From contig CACVAX010000050.1 in the NCBI GenBank assembly GCA_902727935.1, forward strand, positions 3,475 through 67,474: a stretch of 64,000 nucleotides of DNA, read 5' to 3'. The notes beneath the pieces are model-generated. The model saw only the letters and a list, made by a program, of their open reading frames with translations. It was not told where the DNA came from and did no database searches. Shown here piece by piece: positions 9,388 through 19,993 of this stretch (its first letter is position 1; the number at the start of each line of letters is the position of its first letter). The position numbers were made by a program, and so were the translations under genes. The DNA comes from an uncultured Sulfurovum sp. (GTDB taxonomy: Bacteria; Campylobacterota; Campylobacteria; Campylobacterales; Sulfurovaceae).

Positions 9388-11190
9388 TTGATGCTCCAAG
9401 CTTTTCACAAAGCAGTACACGTTCTTTTTGTACTGCTACTCTGTACCCTCTCTCTTTTTTCAACCAATGATTTTTCTAAACAAATTAAACAACTCGCTAA
9501 CAACCCCCAATGGCATAAACTTTTACATATTAAAGGGCATAAAAGTGAAATAGATGACCCAACCTTTTTCTTTTCAAAAAAAGGTAAAAGCAATCCCAAA
9601 GCCGAACTGAAAGCAAGTATAGAAAAACTTATGTCTGACAAAAGCGATGATGAAAACAGTACTCTGTGTCGTTATCCCTCGCGTTCCTCATGGATTTTAG
9701 AACAACTCCCAGAACTAAAAAAGCACATTAAACTACCCAAGTGTACAGCACTGAATCAAGAGTTAAAAGATTTAGGAGCAAAGCATATTACCCTTATATT
9801 CGCCTCTGCTCATATCAACTCTCCTGCTTCTGCTTTTGGTCATACCTTTTTAAGAATTGACAAAGATGCAAACACCCCTTTGCTCTCTTATGCTGTCAAC
9901 TATGCAGCCCAAACAGCAGAAGATAATGGTTTTGTCTATGCCTATCAAGGACTTTTTGGTGGCTATAAAGGACGTTATTCCATTGACCCTTATTATAAAA
10001 AGTTACATGAATATGCCAACCTAGAACAACGAGATATTTGGGAATATACCCTGAATCTTTCCCCAAAAGAGATAGACAGAATGGTACGTCATATTTTTGA
10101 AATTCGTCACTTTTATGCTGATTATTTTTTCTTGGCTGAAAATTGCTCTTATAATTTACTATGGCTTTTAGAAATCGCTAAAGAAGATGTGAATTTAATC
10201 AATCAATTTAAACATAAAGCCATTCCCATAGACACACTAAGGGCTGTTCTATCAGAAAATCTCATCACAAAAACCACTTATCGACCCTCTAAACGTAAAG
10301 AGATTTTAAACAGTGCCAAAGCCATTAAAAATAATAAACAAGCCTTAAATTTTGCCAAAAGCAATGACTTTGACTTAACAGAAATAAAAAAACTTCCTAA
10401 AAAAGAAAAAATAGCCTCCCTTGAACTCGCCACAGCCCTCTTACGCATAAAACTTGCCAAACAAGAAATTAGCAAAGAAGTCTATCTCAAAAAATTTCTA
10501 ATCCTTTTAAAAAGCCGTAGTCAACTCGGTCTTCAAACAAAAGAAGAAATTAGCCATAGTAGCACCCCTTTGGAAGGTCACCACTCCAGTAAAGCAAGTT
10601 TTTCTTTCACAAACAACCAAGCATTTCAAACACGTATAAAAGTAGCTTATCATGATATCTATGACAATGACACAGGTTTTATACCTGGTGCCTACATCAA
10701 TTTCTTTGACACAGCTCTTGGCTACAAAGACAACAAACTCACCTTAGAGGAAATCCATCTTTTAGACATTCGTTCTTATGCCCTCCAAGATGCTATCTTT
10801 AAACCTATTTCATGGGAAGTTTCTTTGGGTGCAAAACGTATCTTTAACAATGAATTAAACAGTTATTTAAAAGCAGGGGGAGGCATAACTTTAGGAAATA
10901 AAAAATTTTATGGCTATGCAACAGTCACCCCAACCCTCTATTATAAAAGCAAAACCACGCAAAGTGTCTCTGCAAATATTGGCTTACTTTATAATCCTTC
11001 CAAAAAACTAAAGCTTGGACTATTGACTTCAAATGAATGGTTTTCTCAAAAGAGAGAAATACAAGAAATAGAACCATTTATCACTTACAATTTTAACCAA
11101 AAATCAGCCATAAATTTACGCTACGAATACAGCAAAATGAATGAGTTTGAAGAAAAAGATTTAATCTTATCTTTATTTTGGTATTTTTAA
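9388..11190 (+). CDS. DUF4105 (Lnb-like) domain protein with C-terminal beta-barrel
   Basis: PASAFGHTFLR, EQRDIWEY and YFFLAENCS motifs; ends in LFWYF. Confidence 0.8.
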   Translation: MMLQAFHKAVHVLFVLLLCTLSLFSTNDFSKQIKQLANNPQWHKLLHIKGHKSEIDDPTFFFSKKGKSNPKAELKASIEKLMSDKSDDENSTLCRYPSRSSWILEQLPELKKHIKLPKCTALNQELKDLGAKHITLIFASAHINSPASAFGHTFLRIDKDANTPLLSYAVNYAAQTAEDNGFVYAYQGLFGGYKGRYSIDPYYKKLHEYANLEQRDIWEYTLNLSPKEIDRMVRHIFEIRHFYADYFFLAENCSYNLLWLLEIAKEDVNLINQFKHKAIPIDTLRAVLSENLITKTTYRPSKRKEILNSAKAIKNNKQALNFAKSNDFDLTEIKKLPKKEKIASLELATALLRIKLAKQEISKEVYLKKFLILLKSRSQLGLQTKEEISHSSTPLEGHHSSKASFSFTNNQAFQTRIKVAYHDIYDNDTGFIPGAYINFFDTALGYKDNKLTLEEIHLLDIRSYALQDAIFKPISWEVSLGAKRIFNNELNSYLKAGGGITLGNKKFYGYATVTPTLYYKSKTTQSVSANIGLLYNPSKKLKLGLLTSNEWFSQKREIQEIEPFITYNFNQKSAINLRYEYSKMNEFEEKDLILSLFWYF

Positions 11191-11193
11191 CAA

Positions 11194-11883
11194 CTACTTC
11201 TTCATCATCTCATCCAATAAAACTTCTCCCATAGGTTTGTCATCTTTAGGGAGTTTAAAACTCTCTTTGAACTCATGATAAAAATCTCGATTATAAATCA
11301 TGTGTATTAACATCACCATAAGTAATGTTCCCAAAGAGCCTATAATCGCTAAAAACATATCTTTTTGTGCATCCCAAATATCGCCTTGTGTCCCTAAAAA
11401 AGCTATTCCAGCTTCTGGGTCGACCACAGTTGCAACTATCCATTCAATAATTTCATAAAACCCTGCAAAAGAAGAGACAATCATAAAAGGCACAAAATAT
11501 CCCCAAAAACCCTTTGTTTTGGCAATGCGTACCGACATTTCACGTACAGGATAGATAAATAAAACACCAAAAAGAAGATGTACTAACCTATCATACATAT
11601 TACGTTCTGTCCCTAACCACTCTCCAAGTGTATACCCCCAAGGTACTTCTGCATAAGTATAATGTGAACCAATAACATGCAATATCATAAATATAGTCAT
11701 TAAGATATACGAAAACATAGAAAACTCAAACAGTTTAGCTGTCAAAAAAATCAAAATTATAAAAAGTAAAACCAAGATATTTTCTAAAACCCAATCAGAA
11801 TAATGCAAAGGTTCAATGGCTGCCCATATCCATGTGACCATAAATGAAAAGAGTAAAATAAAGTAGACAACTTTCTTCTGCAT
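11194..11883 (-). CDS. DUF2238 (YjdF-like) membrane protein
   Basis: HYTYAEVP, RNMYDRLVH and FLGTQGDIWDAQKDM motifs. Confidence 0.88.
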   Translation of the reverse strand: MQKKVVYFILLFSFMVTWIWAAIEPLHYSDWVLENILVLLFIILIFLTAKLFEFSMFSYILMTIFMILHVIGSHYTYAEVPWGYTLGEWLGTERNMYDRLVHLLFGVLFIYPVREMSVRIAKTKGFWGYFVPFMIVSSFAGFYEIIEWIVATVVDPEAGIAFLGTQGDIWDAQKDMFLAIIGSLGTLLMVMLIHMIYNRDFYHEFKESFKLPKDDKPMGEVLLDEMMKK

Positions 11884-11980
11884 CGCTAACTTCTCCTATA
11901 AAATATATTTTTTACTGCTTCATTATATCGACTTTTTTTACTATAATCTCACTTATAAAAGCCCTTTATGGAGTCTGCTC

Positions 11981-12787
11981 ATGCTTATGCAACATAACCT
12001 AACTTTATTGCTAAGTATTATTTTTATGATTTTAAGTGTTTATCTTTATCTTCAATGGCGTAAACGAAACCCCTCTATTAACTTAAAACCTTATGCTATT
12101 CTTAAAAATCAAAAGATAAAATCATTCTCCCTACTCAAACAACAAGGACATTGTAATCTTAATCACTTTTTGCAAACAGAGACAGAAAACTATTTGGTCA
12201 GAAAATTTAAATATAAAAGTGATAGAAAAGCTGAATTTTATATCCAAAACTTAGCCCATAAACAAGGTATTGCAGCAAAAGCTTTGGTTTTAGATGAAGC
12301 ACAAGAACTCATGATTTGCCATTTTGTAGAGGGAGAGCATCTATTTAAACTCAATCAACAAAACTTAAAAAAACTCGCACGTAGTTTAAAAAAACTCCAT
12401 AAAATTAAAGTACAACAACAGCCCCAAACATTTAAAAAATTATTTAAATATAAAGACAAAAAAGTTTATGAAGCCTTTAAAATACTCCAACAATTCAAGC
12501 CTGAATATGTTTTAGGACATAATGATTTACATGCTAAAAATATTTTGTTTGGTCAAAAAATACAATTCATCGATTGGGAATATGCAGGTCTTAGTGACCG
12601 ATACTTTGACTTAGCAGCGATTAGTATCGAATTTAAACTTAATACAAAAGATGAACGAAGCTTTTTAGACAGTTATTTTTCTCATAAACAAACTGCTAAC
12701 TACAAAAAATTAAATGCCTATAAAGTGATTTATAAAACACTTTGGACTGTGTGGATGGGAGAACTTGAACGAGGGCAAATTGAATAA
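11981..12787 (+). CDS. Choline/thiamine kinase-like phosphotransferase
   Basis: HNDL..KNIL and IDWEYA motifs; N-terminal hydrophobic helix. Confidence 0.8.
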   Translation: MLMQHNLTLLLSIIFMILSVYLYLQWRKRNPSINLKPYAILKNQKIKSFSLLKQQGHCNLNHFLQTETENYLVRKFKYKSDRKAEFYIQNLAHKQGIAAKALVLDEAQELMICHFVEGEHLFKLNQQNLKKLARSLKKLHKIKVQQQPQTFKKLFKYKDKKVYEAFKILQQFKPEYVLGHNDLHAKNILFGQKIQFIDWEYAGLSDRYFDLAAISIEFKLNTKDERSFLDSYFSHKQTANYKKLNAYKVIYKTLWTVWMGELERGQIE

Positions 12788-12791
12788 AAAA

Positions 12792-13436
12792 CTAACATTT
12801 TTGAAAAACCACGATATTATCATTAAGTATGCTTCGCACACTTAAGCCTAATTTTTTAGCCATAACTTCAAAACTTTGTGGCGTAAAAAAACTAATATGA
12901 GTCGGATCACGTCTATACCACCAAGCTAAAAATGCTTTATCCTCTTTTGGAGGAAACTTTGTCATTAAGACAATATGCCCAGCCTTGGTGGTATGTTTCA
13001 CTAAAAGTGCTAAAACTTCAAGGGGTTTTTGTAAATGTTCAAACACTTCAGTTGAAGTAATAAGGTCATATTTTTTTGTCTCATACACTTTTAAAGGAGC
13101 ATAATATAAATCATAAATATCGACCTCTAAGCCTCTCTTTTTTAAAAGTTTTGATAACACAGGACCCGGTCCCGAACCAAATTCTAAGGCTGTCTTACTA
13201 TTGCTGATATAAGGCTCAATTGCAAGGTCAATAAATGCTTCGAACATTTGAACATAACCCTTGTTTTCAAAACCATTATGATGTAAATCATATTGTGCTT
13301 TTTCATCTCTTTTATCAATAATATGTTCATCATCTAAAAAGACAAAACCACAAGAAGCACAACGATAATAACGCAACATTTTTTTAGTATCTTGCATACT
13401 ACTTGTGGATGATTGACAAATTTTACAAACCTGCAT
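12792..13436 (-). CDS. Class I SAM-dependent methyltransferase with N-terminal Zn ribbon
   Basis: CKIC/CASC, LEFGSGPG, EVFEHL and WWYRRDPTHISF motifs. Confidence 0.85.
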   Translation of the reverse strand: MQVCKICQSSTSSMQDTKKMLRYYRCASCGFVFLDDEHIIDKRDEKAQYDLHHNGFENKGYVQMFEAFIDLAIEPYISNSKTALEFGSGPGPVLSKLLKKRGLEVDIYDLYYAPLKVYETKKYDLITSTEVFEHLQKPLEVLALLVKHTTKAGHIVLMTKFPPKEDKAFLAWWYRRDPTHISFFTPQSFEVMAKKLGLSVRSILNDNIVVFQKC

Positions 13437-13613
13437 TTAAACAGCCTACTTTCCATTTATTACTAAACTTTTTTAAGCCTATATTATACTTCAATTCAAC
13501 CAACAAGCTTCCTTATTATTTTTTATAATTAACATTATAAAGTAGATTAGATAACTATATGTTATTTAAGGTAAAAAGTGTTAAAGTGTCATATACAAAT
13601 ATAAAGGATAACA

Positions 13614-13841
13614 ATGAAAATACTATTAGGATTAATGATTGCAGGGACTGCACTATTTGCAGGAGGAGACCTTTTACCAGTTAAAATATATGAAAAACCA
13701 GTAATGCAAAAAGCACAAGGTTGTTATAAACCAAACATTCAAAAATGTCCAGGTTGTGTTGATGTGGCTGAAATTTGTCCAGATGATCCAAATTTACCAA
13801 TGGCAGAAACAGAACCTTGTGAAGTAAGCCTTTCAAGATAA
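13614..13841 (+). CDS. Small secreted Cys-rich protein
   Basis: AAAGGA RBS, signal peptide, 5 Cys including CPGC. Confidence 0.65.
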   Translation: MKILLGLMIAGTALFAGGDLLPVKIYEKPVMQKAQGCYKPNIQKCPGCVDVAEICPDDPNLPMAETEPCEVSLSR

Positions 13842-13859
13842 TCAACCAAAAGAATTTAT

Positions 13860-13883
13860 AGTACCCAACAACTTATGGGTACT
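13860..13883. terminator. Hairpin between convergent genes
   Basis: AGTACCCA...TGGGTACT inverted repeat. Confidence 0.55.
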
Positions 13884-14406
13884 ACTTTAGACTATCATAT
13901 AAGCCAAACCTCTCTTTCCACTTATAGTTTAAATCTTCAGAAATTTTATTAAAATATAAATTACCAGAATCTCTCCAAGCATCCAAAACAATACTTTTTT
14001 TAATGCCTTGATTTTTTGCTGAAACAGCCAACGCATTATGCTCATTAAGATCAGCTATATTTGCACCAATAGCATGTAACTTAAGAGTCTGATAGCCTTG
14101 TTGGGATAAAAATTTAAATAAATCTTCACCCCATTCATAACATAAACCTCGTTGCCGAATACCAAGGTTGACAAAGGTATTATGCACCCATGGAAAACGA
14201 ACACTCTTATACTCTTTTGCCAATTGTTGACTAAAGTTTACACTGTTTTTAGCAAAATCTTTAGCTTCCATTCTACTAACATTAGGACTAAGACCAATAA
14301 GCAACAGCTCTAAGTTTCTAATTTTTTCATTTAACACTTCTACACTAGGTTCTTTAACCGAACAACCTAATAATAAAAACAGAAAAAAAAGTAGCCTAAA
14401 CAGCAT
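13882..14406 (-). CDS. Hypothetical lipoprotein, possible papain-like Cys/His/Asp enzyme
   Basis: Lipobox LLGC; RGLCYEW, EHNA and LDAWR motifs. Confidence 0.65.
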   Translation of the reverse strand: MLFRLLFFLFLLLGCSVKEPSVEVLNEKIRNLELLLIGLSPNVSRMEAKDFAKNSVNFSQQLAKEYKSVRFPWVHNTFVNLGIRQRGLCYEWGEDLFKFLSQQGYQTLKLHAIGANIADLNEHNALAVSAKNQGIKKSIVLDAWRDSGNLYFNKISEDLNYKWKERFGLYDSLK

Positions 14407-15061
14407 TATATAATATTAAAAAATACTTATATAATACAAACAATAATAAAAATGAACCTATAGCATAAAGTCCAAGATATTTAGCATTTTTAGCAATAAT
14501 GAAACCACCCAACATACCAGCTATCAGTCCACCAACATGTGCTGAAATAGAGATAGAAGGAAAAGCAAAACCAATAGCTAAGTTCAATACTAAAATAAGT
14601 CCAAAATTTTTCATAAAGGCTATAAATTGATTTCTCATTGTATTTCGATGCACAAAGGCAAAACCAGCCAAAGCACCAAAGAGACCAAAAATCGCACCAC
14701 TAGCCCCCACAGCTTGAACCCCTAAATCCATATAAATCGCTGCAAAAGAACCAAAAAAAGCTGATATAAAATAGAGGCTTAAATAGGCTGTTTTACTAAA
14801 AAGTTTTTCAACCATCGTACCCACAATATACAAAGAAAGCATATTCATCACGATATGAACGGCATCACTGTGTAAAAAAGTGGAGCTAATAAGTCTCAAA
14901 AAATCACCTTTAACAATGACAGAGTACCCATGTAAAACCCCATTTTCATAAAAGTATTGATCTAAAGAAGGTGATAATGCACCCAAAATAAAGACAACAA
15001 TTGAAATAAGCATCAAGCCATAAGTGAGAGGATATTCTTTATATTTTTCTAAATAATTCAT
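14396..15061 (-). CDS. Rhomboid intramembrane serine protease
   Basis: H...HIVMN, GASGA and AHVGG motifs. Confidence 0.93.
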   Translation of the reverse strand: MNYLEKYKEYPLTYGLMLISIVVFILGALSPSLDQYFYENGVLHGYSVIVKGDFLRLISSTFLHSDAVHIVMNMLSLYIVGTMVEKLFSKTAYLSLYFISAFFGSFAAIYMDLGVQAVGASGAIFGLFGALAGFAFVHRNTMRNQFIAFMKNFGLILVLNLAIGFAFPSISISAHVGGLIAGMLGGFIIAKNAKYLGLYAIGSFLLLFVLYKYFLILYNAV

Positions 15062-15067
15062 AAAACA

Positions 15068-16339
15068 TCATACCCAAAAGCCAATAAAGAGCCAAACAGT
15101 AAATGCCAAAGCAAGAAAAAATAAAAGATAAAAAATCTTTTTTGAATAAATAGCAAGAAATGACAATACTACATAACTTAAACCATAGTAAAAGTTTAAA
15201 ATAAACATCTTCTCATTGCCCCCTAAAGTAAAAAGTTTAATAAGCATCACATCAAACAAATCACCCCATCCTAATAAATGTAAAGCCATTGAAGCAGGAT
15301 AAAAAGGACTAAAAATTAAAGATAAAAAAGGAGATGTTAATTGTAAAGGATTCACCAGAGGAAAAATCATATGCACAATGGGTAACATCAAAATAAAAAT
15401 GCCAAAGCTAATGACTAAAGTCATTAAAAGTTTATTAAGTTTAGAAAAATGTTCCAATAATAAAAAAATGTAAAATACTCCAGCTACTGAAAACCAAAAA
15501 GCCAAAGAAAGAAGCATCTTTGGAAATACAATGAGTAAAACCAAAACAATACTAAATAAGAAAGTAAAAGAAATTAACTCTATACCCACAACCAGTAATA
15601 TCCATCCTACAGCCATCATGGCATAAGAACGGACTAAAGAAGGAGGAGCATCGACAAACCAAACATACCAAGCCAAAAGAACCAAAACTAAAAACCCAAC
15701 ATCCTGTAAGTCAAACCGATACGGAAAATATTTTTGCTGAAACAGTCGATAAATTGGTCGTAATAAAAAGAAAAGCAAGGTTGAAAGTATGGCAAGATGA
15801 AAACCACTTAAGGCAATAAGATGACTAACCCCTAAAGAAGAGACTTGTTTTCTCAACGATTTATCCAAAGGTGTTGCAAAATAAATCGCCTTATAAAAAG
15901 AAGCCATCATCTCATTTTTATGTTGCTTTTCCACAAAAATTAAAGCAGAACTTTTAACACTATTGCTTTCATCATAAACTTCATTGACCTTAGAAAACAT
16001 AAAAGAAGTCCCTAAATAATCAAAAAAAGTCATTCGCTCATCAGGAAAAATTTTTAAACGTAAAGAGGAACTCAAATCATCAACAGCCATTTTGGTTCTT
16101 GAAAAAAAATACAGATCTAAACTCGGAGCATAGAGCTTTAAAATAGTATGATAGTTTTCGCCATTCCATTTTTCATAAGCTTGAATAACCTTCACATCTG
16201 TGTAATAAAAAGGTTTTACTTTAAACGCTGAATATTCTTGATGTAGAAAAAAAAGACGTGTAAAAAGTAGAAGACACAACAGCAACATGCTAAAGCAAAA
16301 CTCTTTTACATTCAAAAAAAGTTTTGGTTTTTCCAACAT
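15068..16339 (-). CDS. comEC: ComEC/Rec2 competence membrane protein
   Basis: LGVSHLIALSGFHL signature; no C-terminal metallo-beta-lactamase domain. Confidence 0.88.
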   Translation of the reverse strand: MLEKPKLFLNVKEFCFSMLLLCLLLFTRLFFLHQEYSAFKVKPFYYTDVKVIQAYEKWNGENYHTILKLYAPSLDLYFFSRTKMAVDDLSSSLRLKIFPDERMTFFDYLGTSFMFSKVNEVYDESNSVKSSALIFVEKQHKNEMMASFYKAIYFATPLDKSLRKQVSSLGVSHLIALSGFHLAILSTLLFFLLRPIYRLFQQKYFPYRFDLQDVGFLVLVLLAWYVWFVDAPPSLVRSYAMMAVGWILLVVGIELISFTFLFSIVLVLLIVFPKMLLSLAFWFSVAGVFYIFLLLEHFSKLNKLLMTLVISFGIFILMLPIVHMIFPLVNPLQLTSPFLSLIFSPFYPASMALHLLGWGDLFDVMLIKLFTLGGNEKMFILNFYYGLSYVVLSFLAIYSKKIFYLLFFLALAFTVWLFIGFWV

Positions 16340-16350
16340 ATTCTAAACCT

Positions 16351-18825
16351 TTAAATCATCGGTAATTCTATGTTCCCCATATCACGCGTGTCCATATTCC
16401 CATCTTCTTCATAAATTACTTCAAAAGGTACATCCCCTCCACTTTGAGCATCTATAAATCGTGTAAAACGTTTTTGAAAAACAAGTTTCACTGTTCCTGT
16501 AGGACCATTTCTATGCTTACCAAGAATCAATTCTGTATCTTCTTCAGGTTTATTTTGAAACTTATTTTCATACTCTTTTCCTTCTGCCTTAGCTTTCATC
16601 TCACGCTCTTTTTCAGCAGCTTCACGATACACATCATCACGATACACAAACATCACAATATCAGCATCTTGCTCAATCGACCCAGATTCACGAAGGTCTG
16701 AAAGCATTGGTCGTTTGTTATCCCTACTCTCAACCCCACGGTTCAACTGTGACAGTGCCAAAATAGGAATTTCTAACTCCCTGGCTAACTGTTTTAGTCC
16801 TCTTGAAATTTCAGAAATCACTTGTTGCCGACCTTCCGAACTGTCACCTGACATCAACTGCAAGTAATCAATAATTGCCATGCTAATCTCAGGATGTTTA
16901 GCTTTTAATTTTCTAAGCTTTGAACGCACATGATGGATGGTAGCAACCCCTCCATCATCCACAAAAAGCTTACGTGTTGCCATTTTATCAGCAGCTTTTG
17001 AAAGATTTGACCATTCATCATCAGTCAAATCTCCCACTCTAAGCTTTTGAAGAGGAATCGAAGTTTCTGTGGAAAGCAAACGCAACATCAACTGCTCCCC
17101 TGGCATTTCCAGTGAGAAAAAAGCAACACCCTCCCCTCTTTCAATGGCTTTTTGTGTGATGTTTAAAACCAATGATGTGTTATGGGTTACCGTCATATCT
17201 TCAAGTAAAAACAACTTATTTCCATCTATCTCAAAACCATAATAATCATCTACTTTATCATACTCTACTTTTATCCCTGTGTGTTGATGAGTACGATTAG
17301 AAGCAGATGCACGAGCTTTTTTTCTAGCTATTTTAGTAGGAATTTCATCTAAATTTCCAACAATGCGTACCCTATAAACTTCACACTCATAACCTATACT
17401 TTTTATTCTTGCCATTTTAGATTTGAAAGAACATTTAAACCCTAAACTATCTGCTAAAAACTTAATTTGTTCAGAAAGTTTTTTAGATTTTTGTGTAATT
17501 TCCATAACATGATATTTATCATCATAATACCCATCGCTATCGATAAGTCCTGCTAAAAGTTGTAAACGATTTTTTCGGCTATTAATTAAATAATTTTTAG
17601 GAATATGTTTATTATTTAAAAGATTCATATCTCTTAACTTTTTTTGTAGAGAAATATCTTTTTTAACATCACCTCCTGTATAGCCTTTTCCAATTCGGTA
17701 CATAGGACATTTACCTTCTACAAAATAGGAATTAACTAATAAAGATAATCTATCTGAATACTGTCCTAAATAGTTAACAATTTCATTATCTTGTGTAGCA
17801 ATTTCAACATTAGAACTTGTTCCATCACCCAACCATATTCCTAAAAAATAGGGTTCAATCTCTAAATTTTTTTCAGAAAAATCAATAGCAACACTGTATC
17901 CTTTATAATTACTCTTAAACTTAGCAGACTTATCTATATAATCAGAAACTTCAATGTTTAAAACATCTCCATGTTTATGTTTCCCCTCATTTCTTGAACG
18001 CTTAAGTGATAAAATATGTGACTTATTAACCCTATAATCTATCCCTTTATTTTGCCGAACCCAATACATCTCTTCACGCCCACGAGCCAAGGAAAGAACT
18101 TTTCTAGGAGTTGAATCATTACCCATTAATAACTCTCCAACTTCGATATTTTCTACCTTTTTAAGTTCTCCAGAGTACATCAGAACCTTAGTTCCTTTCC
18201 CCAAACATTTCCCCATCGCTGGCCTCGCAGCAATAATGACCAAGTCCCCTTTACCAAAACCTTGTGTTTTGTCATTTAAATTATGAAAACCCGTATCAAT
18301 CCCAAGAAGTTTAGAATTGCCTAAAGACTTTAAACGATTAATCTCTTGTATCATAGAAAGGGTTATCTCTTTGGATTCTCTAAAATCTTCAGAAGTACTG
18401 TTTTGGGTAATTTCATAAAGCTTTTTTTCCACCATGTTCATGACTTCATCAGTGGGTAAATCATCTTCTATGGTTACTTTTTTAATGGTGGTTGCAAGGG
18501 TAGCCAAAGCTCGTTTGGTCGAACGTGATTTAATTTCACCAAGATAGGCATCGGTATTTGAAATGGGATTAGAAGCCAAAATATCAAGTAGGGCTACCTC
18601 ATCATAATTACCTGTAGAGCTTAATTTCGATTTTAAAAATTCTTCATCTATGGGTTTGTCTTCTCTGGCTAACTCTTCCATTGCAGCAAAAACATGTTGG
18701 TGAAACGGTAAATAAAAATCATGAGCTTTTAGTTTCGCAGCCAATTCTTCAAATATTTGAGGGTCAAATATAATGGCTGAAAGAACAGCCCTCTCAATAT
18801 TTAAGTTGTACATGTTTTCACTCAT
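16351..18825 (-). CDS. dnaB: Replicative DNA helicase DnaB containing an intein
   Basis: IAARPAMGK[intein]TSL, FSLEM, IDYLQL and LSDLRESGSIEQDAD motifs; 824 aa minus the 343-aa intein leaves 481 aa. Confidence 0.96.
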   Translation of the reverse strand: MSENMYNLNIERAVLSAIIFDPQIFEELAAKLKAHDFYLPFHQHVFAAMEELAREDKPIDEEFLKSKLSSTGNYDEVALLDILASNPISNTDAYLGEIKSRSTKRALATLATTIKKVTIEDDLPTDEVMNMVEKKLYEITQNSTSEDFRESKEITLSMIQEINRLKSLGNSKLLGIDTGFHNLNDKTQGFGKGDLVIIAARPAMGKCLGKGTKVLMYSGELKKVENIEVGELLMGNDSTPRKVLSLARGREEMYWVRQNKGIDYRVNKSHILSLKRSRNEGKHKHGDVLNIEVSDYIDKSAKFKSNYKGYSVAIDFSEKNLEIEPYFLGIWLGDGTSSNVEIATQDNEIVNYLGQYSDRLSLLVNSYFVEGKCPMYRIGKGYTGGDVKKDISLQKKLRDMNLLNNKHIPKNYLINSRKNRLQLLAGLIDSDGYYDDKYHVMEITQKSKKLSEQIKFLADSLGFKCSFKSKMARIKSIGYECEVYRVRIVGNLDEIPTKIARKKARASASNRTHQHTGIKVEYDKVDDYYGFEIDGNKLFLLEDMTVTHNTSLVLNITQKAIERGEGVAFFSLEMPGEQLMLRLLSTETSIPLQKLRVGDLTDDEWSNLSKAADKMATRKLFVDDGGVATIHHVRSKLRKLKAKHPEISMAIIDYLQLMSGDSSEGRQQVISEISRGLKQLARELEIPILALSQLNRGVESRDNKRPMLSDLRESGSIEQDADIVMFVYRDDVYREAAEKEREMKAKAEGKEYENKFQNKPEEDTELILGKHRNGPTGTVKLVFQKRFTRFIDAQSGGDVPFEVIYEEDGNMDTRDMGNIELPMI
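17179..18207 (-). mobile_element. Intein with LAGLIDADG homing endonuclease (343 aa)
   Basis: Starts CLGKGT and ends TVTHN followed by Thr+1; block B NKSHIL; FLGIWLGDG and LLAGLIDSDG motifs; inserted between K and T of the Walker A motif. Confidence 0.95.
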
Positions 18826-18849
18826 TAAAACTCCTTAACCATAAAACTT

Positions 18850-19911
18850 TTAACCTTGTTTTGATGCAAAAGCTTCTACTTCTTGTACAAATCTATCGAC
18901 CAATTCATTTTCAGGTAGTCGTGCGACCACTTCTCCTTTAAGCATAACCAGTCCAGAGTCTTTACCATAGGCAATGGCAACATCAGCATGTTTCGCTTCA
19001 CCAATGGCATTGACCACACAACCCATTACTGAAACATCCATAGGGGTTTTAATGTGTGCTGTTCTTCTTTCTACTTCGGCAACGGCTGTAACCAAGTCAG
19101 CTTCAATTCGTCCACAGGTTGGGCAAGAGATAATGTTCAATCCCTCTTTAATACGCCCAGAATCTTTTAAAATAGCTTTACCCACTTTAATCTCCTCTTC
19201 CAGCTCCCCTGTAATTGAAATACGCATGGTATCACCAATACCATCAAGCAGTAAAGCCCCAAGACCAATGGAAGACTTCACCGTAGCATGAAAAATCGTT
19301 CCAGCTTCTGTTACGCCTAAGTGAAAAGGGTAATGGTTTTTAGGTCGTAACATTCGGTATGCATCCACCGTTCGGTCAACATCCGAAGCTTTGAGAGAGA
19401 CTTTAATGTCGGTAAACCCTAAATCTTCTAAAAACTTAATATTATATTCAGCAGAAGCCACCATACCTTGGGCTGTTGCTCCATATTTGTTTTCAAACTC
19501 CTCTTCTAAAGAACCAGCATTAACCCCAATACGCACAGGTAAAGAACGCTCTTGACACGCTTTGATAATCTCTTTTATTTTATGTTTATCATTAATATTA
19601 CCAGGATTAAAACGAATACAATCCACCCACTTAGCAGCTTCTAGTGCCAGTTTATAGTTAAAGTGAATATCAGCAATCAAAGGTAAAGAAATCTGTTCCT
19701 TAATAGATTTAAGTGCTAACGCATCTTCCATTTTAGGTACAGCCACACGTACCATATCTGCACCTGCAAAGTGTAAACGGTTAATTTGTTCTACAGTTTC
19801 ATACACATTATGCGTGTCTGAATAAGTCATTGATTGAACAGATATTGGGGCATCGCCACCAACAGCTACATCACCTACATAAATTTTTTTAGTGGGGTAT
19901 CTTTCTTTCAT
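18850..19911 (-). CDS. ispG: HMBPP synthase
   Basis: [27 protein letters not shown] and MGCVVN motifs. Confidence 0.97.
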   Translation of the reverse strand: MKERYPTKKIYVGDVAVGGDAPISVQSMTYSDTHNVYETVEQINRLHFAGADMVRVAVPKMEDALALKSIKEQISLPLIADIHFNYKLALEAAKWVDCIRFNPGNINDKHKIKEIIKACQERSLPVRIGVNAGSLEEEFENKYGATAQGMVASAEYNIKFLEDLGFTDIKVSLKASDVDRTVDAYRMLRPKNHYPFHLGVTEAGTIFHATVKSSIGLGALLLDGIGDTMRISITGELEEEIKVGKAILKDSGRIKEGLNIISCPTCGRIEADLVTAVAEVERRTAHIKTPMDVSVMGCVVNAIGEAKHADVAIAYGKDSGLVMLKGEVVARLPENELVDRFVQEVEAFASKQG

Positions 19912-19993
19912 GTTAACTTCTTTATAATTGATTTTACTTCTACTAGTTTATATCGAAGTTTACCAAAATAGACAACAGAAGATGTTAAAAAAC

